A stretch of 64,000 nt of DNA from assembly GCF_021028975.2 (NCBI RefSeq), contig NC_059436.1, forward strand, positions 25,668,001 through 25,732,000. The letters are read 5' to 3'. Source of the stretch: Sphaerodactylus townsendi. Lineage: Eukaryota. Below are positions 46,101 through 61,100 of this stretch, piece by piece. The position numbers and the translations under genes were made by a program. Every line of letters begins with the position of its first letter. The first letter of the stretch is position 1. Under the pieces are notes generated by a model, which had not been told where the DNA came from, made no database searches, and saw nothing but the letters and a program-made list of their open reading frames with translations.

Positions 46101-49100
46101 CGTACCACGGAAGAGTAGCCTCCTTGGTCCAGTTTCCTTTTCACACCCTCCAGGTCCAGCGGGGACTGCTCCTCTTGCTTGCTGACTTCGGTCAGCACTG
46201 GAGGGTCTGGACCTTCTGGAGAGGTCTGGGACGGAATGCTTTCCTCGGTCTCAGGATTCAGATCAGGAGGCTTGGCTGCCTGGACACAGACAGGAAGAGG
46301 ACAGGACCTTTTCTGACTCTGAACTGGTCAGGCCACAAGATGACAAACAAACCATCCATGCATTAATGCATCTATTGTCAGGATACTGTGGAGACCCTCG
46401 AGCATATTATGTTGTCTTGCCCGAAGTATGCATCACCTAGACTCTCCCTATTTGTCCCGGCTCTAGGGAATAAAAAAAGTTGTTTGGCGCATACAAAGAC
46501 AATTCACCTGCTAAATAATAACAACGGCAGGATAACTGGAAAAACCGCTGAGTTTTTATTAGCGCAAGTCAAAGACTTAATGGAAGCTTGATCACCTCTT
46601 CCTTACCAACCTTACGCGCTTTGTCCAGTTTTATGTCCTGTTTTAACACCCACTCTGTCCTGCATTTTGTTTTATTTTTACTAATATGCCTAATAAAGGT
46701 CTGCTGAAGTTGTATTAATGCGTCAGTGGTCTACTGATGCATGACTGAGGAAAACTGAAGGGGGCAGCCCCCACTCCCAAACCGGGGCATAGGCTGGGCC
46801 AATACTAAGTGCAGGGCCTTGTGTGGCACTGGCCAGGAAGCCCAAACGCCTCCCAAATCAAGGACAGACATCTCAGTGGGCAGGTGGGCACTGCCCTGGA
46901 GGCACACAGCAATACACACCTAAGGCTGGGGTCTCCCCCAGACTGTTCCTGAAGTTGGAAGGATTTCTGACTGCCTCATTCCTCCACCTCCCTGCTCCTA
47001 TTTGGGGAGCTTTGGAGGCTCTAGGGGGCTTCCTGGGCACAAATTCTTCTGCCCAAAGAAACATTCTGAAGGACTCAAGCTCTGAAAAGGGTCACGGGCT
47101 CAGCAGGCCAACAATCCCTGGCCCCTTCTGTTCAAAGGACCACCACTTCCCGATGGGAAAGGCCTCGGAGAGCCATTGTCAAAGACCCTCTTGTACTGAA
47201 TGGAGCACCGTCTGTAAACACAGGACCCAGGAGCCGCCCCTTTTCCACCCCCAAAGACCAGCATGGCCATCCCTGTCTCCTTCACTGAGACCGGAAACAC
47301 AAAACTGAACCGCTTGCCCTTCTGCCAGGGTTGCCAGCAGGCAGGCAGGCAGGCGAGCCGGCCAGTGCCCGGCAGGTGAGGGGAGCAGGCCCACCTGTCT
47401 GTAGCGCAGCAAGTGGCTGGTGGTCCGGGAGCCAAGCAGGGCTGCCACAACCTGCTTCAAGGACAGCTGCAGCTCGTTCTCCAGGGCCAGGCGCCATTCG
47501 GGAGGATGCTGGTCGGTGCAGTTGCTGCACGTGTAAGCCACACTCTCTGGCAGGCTGGAGAGGATCTCATACATCTCATCTGAAGGGGGAGCAGACAAAC
47601 AGTAATGATGCCGGGGTCAGAAGGATCTGAGTTGGACTAAACATAACGGCATATCCTGGGTGCTAGCAGTGCATGCTGGGGGGTTTGGCACAGGAGTCTC
47701 CACTTCTGGGAGCTAGAGAATACAGCACGATTCTGACTAGCTGTGTGACTGTCTTTCTGCCTGCCCAACTGAGGCTCTGGAGCAGGGCCCAGATGCCTCT
47801 GAGTCCAGGTGCAACAGCTGCCAACCAGTCTTCTCCAGTCACCAAAGTGATGTAGGGTGGACCCAGGGCAGCATCTCACAGAAATATGGACTAGACAGGA
47901 AGAGAGAAGTCATGACCCGCTTCTCCAGCTGCAGTCACTGGGGAGAGCCCACTGAGAACAGTGGCAGGGACTCAAATCCTTGTTCAGCCATGCAGCTCCC
48001 TGAGCGGCTGTGGACCAGTTACCCTTCACTAGCCTAACCTACCCCACAGAGCTATTGTGAGGACAGGATTTGTCCCTGAAAGTAGGGAGGGTAACGGACA
48101 GGCCGAAGACAGCCCCCCCTCCTCCTCCCCCCCCTCCTCCGGCAGGCCTCACCTGAAAGGTTCTCACACTTGGAGTGGACCCAGTGGTCACATTTCCCAC
48201 ACTGCATCATCTTGCTCTCGTAGTCATCATCATCGTAGCACTTGTCGCAGAGCGGGCAGAAGTTCCCTGCAAGTGGGGGCAGACGTCTGCTCCAGGGGGG
48301 CACGGCCAGACCCCTGCCTGCCAGCCCACTGCTCAGAAAAGACGATTCCCCAGCCATGAGAGCCATTTGCTTCGCCCTTCTGGCCCCACCCACCTACACC
48401 AAGGACCGCATCCGTCTACAGCTGGAATGACTACATGTCTGCAGTGCGGATGGAATGCACCTGCAAGGTGGCCTTCTGCCCAGCAAACTCCCAAGCTCCC
48501 AGTACCTTTTGCAAAGAGCTTGGCACAATCGTGGCACAGCGAGAAGTCATGAGACCACTGGGCATCCCACCCTTTGCCGGGCGTTGTTGCACCGCAGCTT
48601 TTGCATCGGACACACTTGGTGCAGATCTGGCAAGACAAGATGGCCTTTTGCTCAAGACTCCTGGTTTTCATTCACACCAGCTTCCATGCTAAACACCTTC
48701 CCCAGAATTATCCCCCTTCATTCTCACAGCTACTGTGGGCTATCAAGGCAAGGGCACTACCAACCCACTACATGCCACTGTTCACACCACACACCCCCGC
48801 TGTTTTTCAGAGGTCACTTCTCAGACTTGGAACAAAAGTGCACCGCTGGCCTGTTCAGGGTGCTCTGGAGCCCCTCGCAAGAGGAAGGCTTCTCAAGGCA
48901 AGCCACGTGGCCAGGGGCGCAATGCCGACAGGTCACCTTCCCACAGCACTTTTGGACAGTACTTGAGCTCCAGCATCCCTACTCAAGGGGAGCCAGAGCT
49001 GTCCGGGGATGCTGTGGCTAGAGGAGAAACGGACCAAGCTCCTTCCCCCTACTTTGGAACTGCGCAGGCACGGTACAGGACAAAAGTTTATCTCCATTCC

Positions 49101-52100
49101 AGGTAGTAATCAACAGGTGAAATAATGAGGGTAATTAAAGAACTAACTGAATAGTTCTGTTGACTGCCAGGAAGTTGCAATTCTAAGCACATTTTTACAT
49201 GCCACAGGATGAGCACCCAGAGGGAGGGTCTCTCTTGCAGTTGCTCCCCCCCGGGTTGTGACGGCTGCAATGGGGAGTAGGGAGTTCTGTGTGGGGCTCC
49301 CCCAGCTGATTGGGCTCCTTCGCAGGAGGCTCTAGTGTGGAAACAACCCCCAAGAAGCCCCGAAGACTCTTTCTCTGGAGCAGAAGACGTGCCCCCCACT
49401 CGCAGGAATAGACTACTGGTGCATCAAGACAACCCAGACAGGCAAAGAGGGATGCCACCACGTGTTGGCTGCTCTGCAAAGTGGCCTCATCAGCATTCTC
49501 CCCTCTGCTGTGGAAACTCACCCAGACCTTCTTCTTCTTGGTCGGCTTGGTCGGGTAGTTTGGCCCCAGGCACTCCGGGTGGAAGCTGTTCCGGCACTTG
49601 TTACACTCCAGCAGCTGCTGCAGGAAAAGGGAGAACAGCAGCAAGGTTGGCCAGGTTTTCCTACTGTCCTTCAGAGAGTGCAGCGAAGTCAAGCAGCTGC
49701 GGATTCTGAGCAGCCACGCGGGACTTGCAAGGCCATTGGGGAAGAGTCCCAACTGAGCGGCGGCTCCTGTGCCCTACCTTGGCGGCCCGATGCTGCCTCC
49801 CGCACACATGGCAGAACCTGCAGCGGCGGCAGCACCAGTTCTCCAGTTGGTCCTCCAGGGGGCGCTCACTCTCCTCGAGGCAGAATTTGTGGAAGGGTTC
49901 ACAGCACACTTGGCAATACACAAACTGCAGAAGAGGAGAGAAACACACGGCAGCGTCCCCTCAGCAGCATCCTGTGATCCCCTCACGAAACCCAGCTGCC
50001 CTCTGGGCAGCTCAATTAGCAGGTATTTCACTGTGAGGATCTGGACCCACAAAACCCGTTTTCAAGTAGCCATCAGGGTCCCGCAGGGAAGAGCAAAGGC
50101 TAACCATTGAGGAGCACAGTGCACTGGAATTTCAGCAGCTTCATTCCAAGAAGCTTGAAAACATTCCATTTAGCAGCTGGAATAATACAGAAGTCAATAT
50201 TGCTATTTCCCAGACAGCTTATTGAGAAAGCCCTGTGCTTCTAAGGACTTCCAAGAAAGCTGACAAACAAAACTATCCATAAAAGCCTACAGCAATAAAA
50301 ACCAACCACATGAGCAGCAATCAAAACGGCAACAGCTTCTCAACTGATCTGTTCCCAGCTCTGCCAAAAAGACGGTCTTTGCCCAGTGCCTAACAGGGCC
50401 TTATGACACCACGCAGGAGGCTGCAGGAAAAGCATTTCAGAAGCAGGCCACCTCCCTTTCACCTCTGAAGGCAAAGAGCATCCAGGGAAGGACTTCCCAT
50501 GGCATAGTTCAGTCGATGAGCAAGTCTGCATGAGGGGAGAATATGACTCTTTGCACGCTCTGGTCCCAGCTGTCCGAGGGCTAAGAGGCCAAAGCCAGCT
50601 CTTTGAACTGTGCTCAGAAAACAAGACACCTCCCAAGCGGCACTTTCAAAACCTGATCCCTGATTGGGAAATCTGGCTGATGTGTTTTGGACTATCTGAA
50701 GATTTCAAGCAACCTTCAAAGTCAGCCCCACTACAAGGTACCCTGAGAAAACATGCCAGGAAGGCTCTTGGCTGATGCTACAGATGCCGCCACACACTGA
50801 GAAGAACTGCCAGCTGTGCGCCTGTTCCTTAACAGGAACTGCAAACCCATCAAGGATATGCTCCCCAGTCTAGGCAAACCCACAGCCAGCAGACCAAGCC
50901 AGCTGACCAGCCTTCCCCTTGGCATCTGGGGAACACATCACTTGCCACTCACACTGTGAGAATGCACCTCTCAATGCACAGGTGATCCTCCCGGCCAGCT
51001 TCGAATCACAGCTGCTGAACAGTATGAGGGACAAAACACAGCCCTGCAGAAACCCAGCTGCCTCTTCTGAACTATACTTGCCCTTCCTGCCTCTGATCAC
51101 ATCCCAGCTTCCTCTGGGCCATGAATTTAGGGGCTCTGTGCAAGGAGTCGCCCTCTTCCAAGTCCTGCACCTGCCTGGCCCACTTCTGCTGCTGGCTTTT
51201 TCCCTCCTTGTGCCAGCTAAGCCCCCCCCCCGAAAAGGTGACCATTTTCCTAGCAGCCCCAGGGCTGTACCTAAGGGCAAGGCCAGACTGCCACCATCAG
51301 CAGGAACACCTGGGTCTTGGTGGGACACGCCTGCCTCTGGCCGCTTCCCTTTCCTAACCTTTCCCACTTCCCCTTTGCTTTTGGGGCTCCCTTCCAGTCC
51401 AGTGTGCCCCACTCTCCCCTCCTCCTTCAAATGCGTCCCCAGTCACACTCCACCTTCTGCTTGCCCTGGAATTGCAGCCCTGTCACACAGGAAGCCTCCC
51501 TTGACCTTTCCCGCTCTCTGTCCCTCCCTGATGCCTAGCTCCCCCCCGCCCACAGCTGCTGCCTTCTCTTCCAGAGGCTGCTCTTCTTCCCACTCACCTC
51601 CCCCCAGTGGCCACAGGGGTCATTTGGGCCTCCTTCTCAAATCTTGTTATTCCAGCCCCATCTTGCCTGCTTCCCCACCTTCGAAGCCCTTGGCCTCTCT
51701 GTGTAGCAGCCGCCGCCACCCCATTCCTCAGCTCTGAGCTTCACTTCAGTCCTCTTGGAGGAGACTCTTGGTGACCCTCCCCTCGAATTGTGCTGCTCTT
51801 GAGCTCCCTTCCATCTTTTGCTCTCTTCTGTTGGGCTGACTCCCTCATGGACACTGCTTGCTCAAGACCTCTTGACTGGGGAAGCGCTCGCACCGTCTCT
51901 AGGCCTCTTGCCCCTTCCATCTAATGACAACAGCATCTGGCCTTCTTCCTGTCACCCCTCTGGCTCAACAGCTGCAGCCACTGCCACAGGCCCAGCTCTC
52001 AGCCTTCCCTCTAGTCAGCACTTCCCATACACTCGACGCTCTTCTGCTGCTGAGCACTTCTGGGAGAGGGCAAGAGAGCCGTCATACATTCCTCCTCCCT

Positions 52101-55100
52101 CCCTCCCTCCACTGGGCCAGCTACCACTGATGCCCAGCGCCATTCCTCCAGCTGCACAGGCCACTGCCCCCTGTGCACTAGGCGTGGCCTCCTCTTCCTC
52201 TGGCCTTGGCCAACACATCCTCTGCAGGCCCAGCGTGGGCCCATCCCCTCAGTCCTGCACTTTGCCTCCCATCTTGCTTGCCTCTCCAACCTACTGACTT
52301 TCCTTCTGAAATCCTTACTCTGCCTTCCTCCTAGACCTCCTAGCACAACCCCCTGCTCTTGTCCCTTCCCAGCCTTGCCTTCCTGCACAAGGCACCCCCT
52401 TTTGCACTGTCCCCATCTCTGCTTGAAAAGAGGCCTCAGCACGTGGAACTGGGAAGCATGCAGATTCTTCCTCAATCCCCACCCCCCACCCCCACACTTC
52501 CAATCTCAGACTGTAAGATACTTGGGGCAGTGTCCTCTGTTTGTGCAGCTTGTAAAGTGCTCTGTTGCTACACAAATAAATGACAGACAGCCCTGCCTGG
52601 GACACGTCATGTGATTTTTTTGGTCTGGATTTGACACGTCAGAGCTGGGCCAGGAGGTTCAGGTGCCACCCACACAGCTAACCTTTATTTTCAGCATTTC
52701 AAGCAACATTTCAAACAGCAGCCTGTTCTGCAAAATATTGATAGCATTTATTGAATGTTACAGTCCAGCTTCAAATTACACTTTTCTATAGATTACAGAC
52801 CACTCCAATAACTGCTTGACAGACACTGCTGGCATCAGCCTCCTTACCTCCAGGTGTCCACTGCTGGCACAGAGAAAGCAGACCACTCTCGGAGTTATTG
52901 GTACAGAGGTCAGAATGCCCAAACCGCCCATCTCCCAAACATTCTCAGATTCGCAGTCCTCCTAAAAACCATTAAAAGGAGCATGTGAGAAGGGAAGCAC
53001 TCTGACACTTGATCCAGCTACAGCACTAAGTCAGGCATCAAACGGCGCCCTACAGATCCTGCAAAATGAGCCATTAAATGGCTCCCGGAGCCAACGCTCC
53101 CCTCACCTGTGGTGCTTTTTGTTAGGGAGCCCCTGCAACCCCAATTTTCTCACGCTAAGGACTCCTGCAGAGTTCCACAGAGGCCTGCCATGGGATTCTC
53201 CAAGGGGCGAGGAAAGTCTTTCCAATATTCAATGCCCAACTGTCCTTGAGCATTAAAAGTCACTACAGACTGAAGTGACTCTAAGCAGAACAGACCCCAC
53301 CCAACTTAGCCTTTTACCTTGAAGTCCACTCGGATCCTGTGGACTCCGTCTGCAACAGACTTCTGCTTGGAACTGCTGCTGTTTGACAGAGTGCTTAACA
53401 AGCTGAGCATGCTGTTTTCTGGCTTGCTGGCTGGAGGGGGCTTTTCCTGGAGAATTAAGGCAATTTGTAAACCCTAAATTCTACACTCTGAATCCAAAAG
53501 CAGAAGAGCTCTCATTGATTTCTAGACTGTGAGAGGAACTTCATAAGGAACAACCCGCCAGAATCTGGGCACTGCCTGGGCAGTTCTCAGCCTAGAACTG
53601 ATTCCAGCAGCTAGAATTAATACATGGATTTGATTTATGTTTTCCAATTTGTACCCCTCCCCTTTCCCAATGAACCAGGCTCAGAGCAGCTGACAACATA
53701 CAGACACAATATGCATAAATTAAAAATTACAGACATCTAATCTGACTAAAACATACTCCTATCCTGTGTACGGATGGTGCCCTCTAATAAAACCTAAAGA
53801 ACGAGTATTCCCACGTGGTGGCAAGCCAAGATGCTGTTGCTTATCACTAAAAAACCCACCTCTCTTGCTTGCCCTGAAGTCCAGGGAGGGGCCAAGGCTC
53901 AATGGCGGAATATCTGCTCAGCACACAGAAGGCCCCTGTTCAATCCCTGGCATCTCTGGTTAAAAAGGTCAAGTGGAGGGGATGTGAAAGACCCACACAG
54001 CAACTGCCAACCTGAATGGGCATCGGCCTCATTTCATGCAAGGCAGCTCCTTGTGCTCCAGTGTGCGGCCACACGAAAACAGAGTGAGGATGTGAAAGAA
54101 AGAGCAGGAGTCCCACCAAAGGCAGCCGACACGCGAGTGCCAGTTTCGGAGAGGGAGGCAGAGCTGGACGCCATTCTGAATCTACGTAAACTCACGGGCT
54201 CCTGAAGAGCCTGCACATCTGCACAGGAGCAGCCAATCGTGAAAAAACTGGAGACAAAACTCAAACAGCAGGTTACCTTTTCTTTTGGCTTCTGTTTCAC
54301 TGGTAAGCTTGGACGAGGAGGGATTTTCTTTTGTTTGCTTTGCTCTACACCTAGGAAAAGTATAAGCACACCTTGTCATAACCTAAGAGTTGCCACTAGA
54401 AACCAAGAGGAGTCTGGAACTTGAGGTAAGATCAGGTTATATGTGGACAGCAGAAGACAAGTCGCTCTTTTGCAAATGGAGAGAGTAACCACCTTGTGCC
54501 CATGTTGGGGGGGTTGCAGTCCGACTGGTATCAGCTGTCTCCAGAAGGCATAAGAACATTAGAACAAGTCTGCTGGATCAGACCAGAGTCCATCTAGTCC
54601 AGCTCTCTGCTACTCGCAGTGGCCCACCAGGTGCCTTTGGGAGCTCACATGCAGGAGGTGAAAGCAATGGCCTTCTGCTGCTGCTGCTGCTCCTGAGCAC
54701 CTGGTCTGCTAAGGCATTTGCAATCTGAGATCAAGGAGGATCAAGATTGGTAGCCAGAGATCGACTTCTCCCCCATAAATTTGTCCAAGCCCCTTTAAAA
54801 AATATCCAGGTTAGTGGCCATCACCACCTCCTGTGGTAGCATATTCCAAACACCAATCACACGTTGCGTGAAGAAGTGTTTCCTTTTATTAGTCCTAATT
54901 CTTCCCCCCAGCATTTTCAATGAATGCCCCCTGGTTCTAGTATTGTGAGAAAGAGAGAAACATTTCTCTCTGCCAACATTTTCTACCCCATGCATAATGT
55001 TATAGACTTCAGTCATATCCACCCTCAGCCGTCTCCTCTCCAAACTAAAGAGTCCTAAACTCTTCAGCCTCTCCTCATAAGGAAGGTGCTCCAATTGCTC

Positions 55101-58100
55101 AATCATCCTCGTTGCCCTTTTCTGCACTTTTTCTATCTCTTCGATATCCTTTTGGAGATGTGGTGACCAGAACTGAACACAGTACTCCAAGTGCGGTCGC
55201 ACCATGGCTTTATATAAGGGCATGACAATCTTTGCAGTTTTATTATCAATTCCTTTCCTAATGATCCCCAGCATAGAGTTTGCCTTTTTCACAGCTGCCA
55301 TGCATTGAGTTGACATTCCCATGGAACTATCAACTAAGACGCCCAAATCCCTTTCCTGGTTTGTGACTGATAGCACTGACCCCTGTAGCGTGTATGTGAA
55401 GTTTGGATTTTTTGCCCCTATGTGCATCACTTTACATTTTGCTACACTGAACTGCATTTGCCATTTCTTAGCCCACTCACCTAATTTACCAAGGTCCACT
55501 TGAACTCTTAGGCAATCCTTTTGCGGTTCTCACCTCACACTACATAATTTGGTATTATCTGCAAACTTCGCAACCACGCTACCCACCCCTACTTCCAGGT
55601 CATTTATGAATAGGTTAAAGAGCACTGGTCCCAAAACGGATCCTTGGGGGACACCTTACATCTCCATTGTGAGAACTTCCCATTTACACCCACTCTTTGT
55701 TTCCTTGTTCCTCAACCAGTTTTTAATCCACAGGAGGGACTTCCCCTCCTATTCCTTTTGATTACTGAGTTTTCTCAATAGTCTCTTGTGAGGAACTTCT
55801 TGTCAAAAGCTCCTTTTGGAAATCCAAGTAGACAATGTCCAACTGGTTCCCCCCTTGATCCACACATGCCTGTTTACACCCCCCTCAAAGAACTCTATAG
55901 TAAGTTTGTAAGACATAGATTTGCCTCTGCAAAAGCCATGCTGACTCTTTCTCAGCAGGTCTTGCTTTTCTACATGTTTTATAATTTTATCTTTAAAGAT
56001 AGATTCTACTAATTCTACCAGGAACAGATGTCAAAACTGACTGGCCTGTAATTTCGGTCCCCCCTAGATCCTTTTCTTTAAAGATTGGTGTGACAAGTAT
56101 TGGCCATCTTCCAGTCTTCGTGATGGAGGCAGATTTCAGGGATAAGTTGCATATTAAAGTGAGAACATCAGCAATTTCATGCTTGAGCTCTTTCTTGGGT
56201 GAATGCAATCTGGGCCAGGGGATTTGGTAGCATTTGTTTATCAATGGCTGCCAGAAATTCTTCCTTGTCTACCACTATCTTCACTAGTTCCTCGGATTCG
56301 CCTCTCCCAAGAAGCACACATGGTTCCAGGTGCAGGAATGTTCCTCACCTCCTCTTGGGTGAAGCACAGGATGCAAAGAATTCATTCAGCTTCTCTTGCA
56401 ATCTCCTGTCATCTTTAGCAATGGCACCCATTGTTCCTTTTGTCACTCCTAACTGGCTCTACCGCTTCCCTTGCTGGCTTCCCTACTTTTGATATATACT
56501 TTGGAAAGAACTGTTAGTTGCTGGTCTTGATGTTTGCAGCCATGCGTTCCTCATAATCTTTTTGCTTCCCTTACAGCTAACTTGCTTCTCTTTTGCCACC
56601 ATTTGTGTTCCCTCTCATATTCTTCATTAGGCAAACTGGACTTCCATTTTCTAAAAGACATTTTCTTTTTTCTGATCATTTCCTCAACCTCTTTTGTTAA
56701 CCATGGGGGCTTTCTTTTGGACTGGGCGCTGCCTTTCCTAACCTGCGGAACACATTCCAGCTGGGCTTTTATTACTGTGTTTTTAAATAACCTCCAAGCA
56801 TCTTGGACAGTTTTGACTCTCTTGATTTTCCCTTTCAGCTCTGGAAAGGCAGCTCTGGAAAGCTGTGGGAGGATCTGAAATATGGGGTCTGGCAGCAACC
56901 CCCGCCGGCCATCATGCAGGATGTGGCTCAACAGCCGCATGAAGCTCGCAGGGAAGACTGCCTGAGTACCCCGAGTGAGGTCGCATCCATATGCAGGTGA
57001 CATTCAACTCTGCTTCTTTTTCCCCAGCCATCAAGCTAGAGACAGCGCCAAGCCATGGTCTGAGTCAGTCATGTGCCAAGACTGAACAGTCACTCGTCAG
57101 CATGGCCAGGAGGGACCCGTGGAATCAGCTTGCTTTGGCTGGGGCTGCACTTCCTCTGAAGGAGCAGTTGGGAGCGCTGCCAGATCTAGTCTAGCTGGTA
57201 AAAGCATGAATCTCCTCTAAGGCAGCCTCTTCAGTTTTGACTGGTGCGCCAGCCACAGCACTTCCTCCAGACAGGATCTGTCCACAGGCACACATGGACT
57301 ACTACAATGCACTCCACACGGGGCAGAGATTTCCATGGCTCAGAAGGTGGTGGGAAAGGCTGCCGCCGGGCGTACCTCCCTTGTTTTAAGAGTCCCACAG
57401 TGGCTGCCAGTTTGCTCCGAAGGGCATATCAGAGTGTGAATGACCTACTAAGCCCTGCACCGTCTGGGACCAGGAGGCCTGAAGGAAAACCAGCAGAGAA
57501 CACCAGAGGCCCTGCTGCGTGCCCCCTTCCCTTGTCTGAGTGAGCCCCAGCGACAGGGACTTCCCTGCCGGGGGGAGGAAATGCCTTTCTCACTGAAATT
57601 CTCCTGGAGTCCAAACTTCCATTGTTTAGGTATCAGGCAAGGAGTTTAAGATTTGTTTTCATTCCTCATTTCAACTGAGCTTCCGGCCAGTTTTCATTCG
57701 GCCAGCCTTGCTGCTTGTTCTCATTCCCACTTTTTATTCTGTTGGTTTGATCACGCCTTTAGCTCACCGGACAGGGCTGCTTTTATCCCATGCTGTCATG
57801 GCTGACTTTATGCTGCACCTGTTCCTTCCCATGGTTTATTGTTATTGGCTCAGGCTTGTGAGCAGCTTCTGATGCTGCTGCTGCGAGTGGGTGATCCAAA
57901 GGCTTTTAACCCATCACAACAGCCAGCACTGTATCTGGCTCAAAGGGAAGCTCTGACCGGAGAAGACTGTCTGCTTCTCAGGGGACAGCTGACCGGTATC
58001 CAAGGAAGGTCCCAAGCCCTGCCCCACACCCACCCCTCTGCCCCCTTCCCACCCTGACTGCCCAGGCAACAGAGGTCTGGCCTTAAAGAGGCCACTGGTA

Positions 58101-61100
58101 GTGCCTGATGCAGGCAGTCAGGCCGGCACCCACCTGCCTCTGGAGGCGGAGCAAGCTTCTTCTTGGGCTCAGCAGGGGTGCTTCGAGGGACTTCCTTTCT
58201 GGGTGGGCCTGAGCTAGCGGGTGGAGGGGGGGGCCCCGACACAGGAAGCAGGGCCTGTTTGCTGGCTTTCCTGACAGCAGGCAGAGGGGCTTGCTTGTTG
58301 TCTGGGGGAGATGGCTGCGGCCCCTCCTCGTTCTTCTCCTCGCTGGGCTTCCGGGCAGGCTCACTGCCTTTCTTTGCAGGGGGGTCCTCTCTCGTCAGGA
58401 CAGGCTGGGAAGCAGCTTTCTGCCCGGAGTCGGACTGGCTCTTCCCAGATTGACTCTCTTTCTTGTCGCCAGATTTGGATTTCTTCTCTTTCTTTTTCAC
58501 AGCTACAAAGCAAAAGGAGCCCCTCAGATATCATGCTTGGTGGTGCTCCCCCAAGGTGGCAAACATGCTCAGGGTACGGCTGCTGCCTCTGTGTGGCCTT
58601 GCTCCGGGGCATGACAAGGACCACACCTTCCCCATCCCTCCCCAACAGGAATCCCTACCTTTGGCTTGCTTCTGCAGAAAGGCTTTCGATGGCATCCATT
58701 GCAAGTTCTGACACTTCCTCATCCTAGGATGAAATGAAAAAGAAGGGAGAGTAAACAGGAAGAGACAGCAAGGCTCACCTGGCAGCACAAACCTCTGGCA
58801 TCCCACTTCTAGCACTGCAGGCTTCTTTGGATTCCAGGCATCTGTGACAAAGGGCTGCCTTAAGAATTGGAAGCAGAAACACCGGAGGCTTCCAGCCATG
58901 CCATGCCTCCCTCCCTTGGGAGTCCTCTCCAGACCAATCTGGGCAGCATCAGGAGAGGAAAGGGCATCTGCAGAAGGGACTACTGAGTCTACCCTGGACC
59001 AAAAGCCTGTTGTGGCGTTCAGATGCTGACATTCAACTTGAGGAGGAGCCATCAATGTTGGACTCTTTGCCCTGACATTCAGCTGAGCTCCTGTGCAGAA
59101 GAGCACTCAGAACAAGCTTCCTGCGATGCAGTTTCACACGCAGTGGCAGCTTCTCATAGCTGTTTTAGAAAGAGATTTTAAACCAAGGAGACGACCCAAA
59201 GTCTGGAAGGAGGAGGCCGAACAGAGGGCAGGGCAAAGCTGGAGCCCTCTCTTTCCTCCCAAACCTGCACAGCCACCCACTACTTTGAGTCACTGCCTGC
59301 CCCTTCCAGCTCCATGAGACAGGATACACTGAGGTCAAGCTGATAACGAGGCAAAGTCACCCGGCTTAGGATCCTTAGCTCTTTTTTGACTGACAGACCC
59401 AGGCTAAAAAGCAAAGTCTGCCCCCCCCCCCATCCCGCAGGCCAGGAAGCCTATACCCTGACCTCCAAGCAAGGCCCCCACCCCACACTTACTTGCAGCA
59501 CTGTTTCTTAATGTTACGCCCCCCAAACTTTGGCTTATCCAGGCAATTGGTACAGACACCGCAGTCCTCCGGCACCTGGCAGCCCGGACACTGGCCACAG
59601 CGCCTGGAGCGCCGGCCTTTCTTTACGGGAGGTTCTGGGGGGGGCTTGTGTCTGGTCACGGGCTTGATGGGCTTGATGGGCGGCACCTGGGGCTCAGCCT
59701 CTTCTGAACCAGCAACAGAGGACTTGTCTGTTAAACAAAACATCGGCTGTGAATTCAGCAGCCAATAAAAGAGAATAACTTCAAGTACTGCATTCCCCCA
59801 CCCCGAGTGTCTCTTGATGCCTCCCTACAAGGGAATTCACTGGCTTCGTTTATAGTCTCCCTTTCTCACCAAGACTCAAGGCAGATTACAAAATTTAAAA
59901 AAAAAACACAACAGAAAGCCCCTCCAGGTTTGCTAACAGCAGAGCTTGGTTGTCCCTGCCTCCTCTGCCTTCCATCACCCCACCGCAGCCAAGCATTTAC
60001 CATCATTCCCCATGGCAGACAGTATCTTCTCCCTCTCTTCCCACGGCAAGGCACTCAGAGTGGGCATGTCATCTGGGAAGACGGCTCGCTTACGCCCAAG
60101 TGCAACAGCTGCTCTCCTACAGACGTGCTTGATGCGTGGCCCTCTCACCGAGGCCTCTGAGGAGTCGCTCTCTTGACCCTGCATTTCAAGGAGGTAAGAA
60201 CACAGGAATCAGCCAGAGGAACCTCTCCCAGAGGCAGCTGGGCATCCCAGTTGCATGCAGATTTCTAAGCACTTGCATCTAATAGGCACCAGAAACACAC
60301 CAGTGAGAGTGGAAATATCCAGTGGTGGTCTCCAGTATCCAGCCCCGTGTCTTTTGGGAAGGGGTCGGGGAGGAAAGGAGAACTACTGTAAACAATGTTT
60401 TAAAACATGTTTGGTTAAAATGGAAAGGAGGTGGTTTCACTCTGGGAACATGACACCCGCTGTGTGTGTGTGTGTGGGGGGGGGGGGGGCTGCCACATCT
60501 ACCACCCAGTTTATTGGAGGAGCCACATCCCATGCTTCCATAGCTAGCCCCCCCTCCCCCCCCGCTAGGCCATATGACCCAGCTGACCTCTGCTTTAGAG
60601 ACAAAGAGGGGCCTGAAGCAGCCCTTGGCCACTGGCAGGCAGGTGGGTGGTCTTGCTGGCTCAGGAGCCACATAGCACACAGACGGCAAGAGGAGGCAGA
60701 ACCGCTGACCTTCAGGGACACCCACTCTCGTGTTCAACTTCTTACTCTTTGAGGGGGACTAGTCCTATGCTGGTCCCACCTGGATGGCCCAGGCTGGCTT
60801 CTCATGAGACTTCAGCAGCCAGGCAGGGTCCATCTTGGTAAGTATTTGGATGGGAGACCACCCAGGAATGCCAGGAGGGTTGCTATGCAGAGGCAGGCAA
60901 TGGCAAAGCACAGCTATTAGTCTGTTGCCTTGAAAACCCCCTAAGGGGTTGCCATTTCAGCTGTGAGTTGACTGTCCTTTACACACACAGAGAATGTTAT
61001 ACAGAAGGTCATCACCATCTTTTGGGGCAAACACAGTAGTTGTTCTGACCAACAGATAACTGGAAAGACAAGGGAGGGGAAACTGGGCAGCAATTTGAAA

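Noticed and set aside
50919-51737. 272-aa plus-strand ORF
   Set aside because: P/S/L-rich by-product of the CT-biased tract; no domain or splice support.
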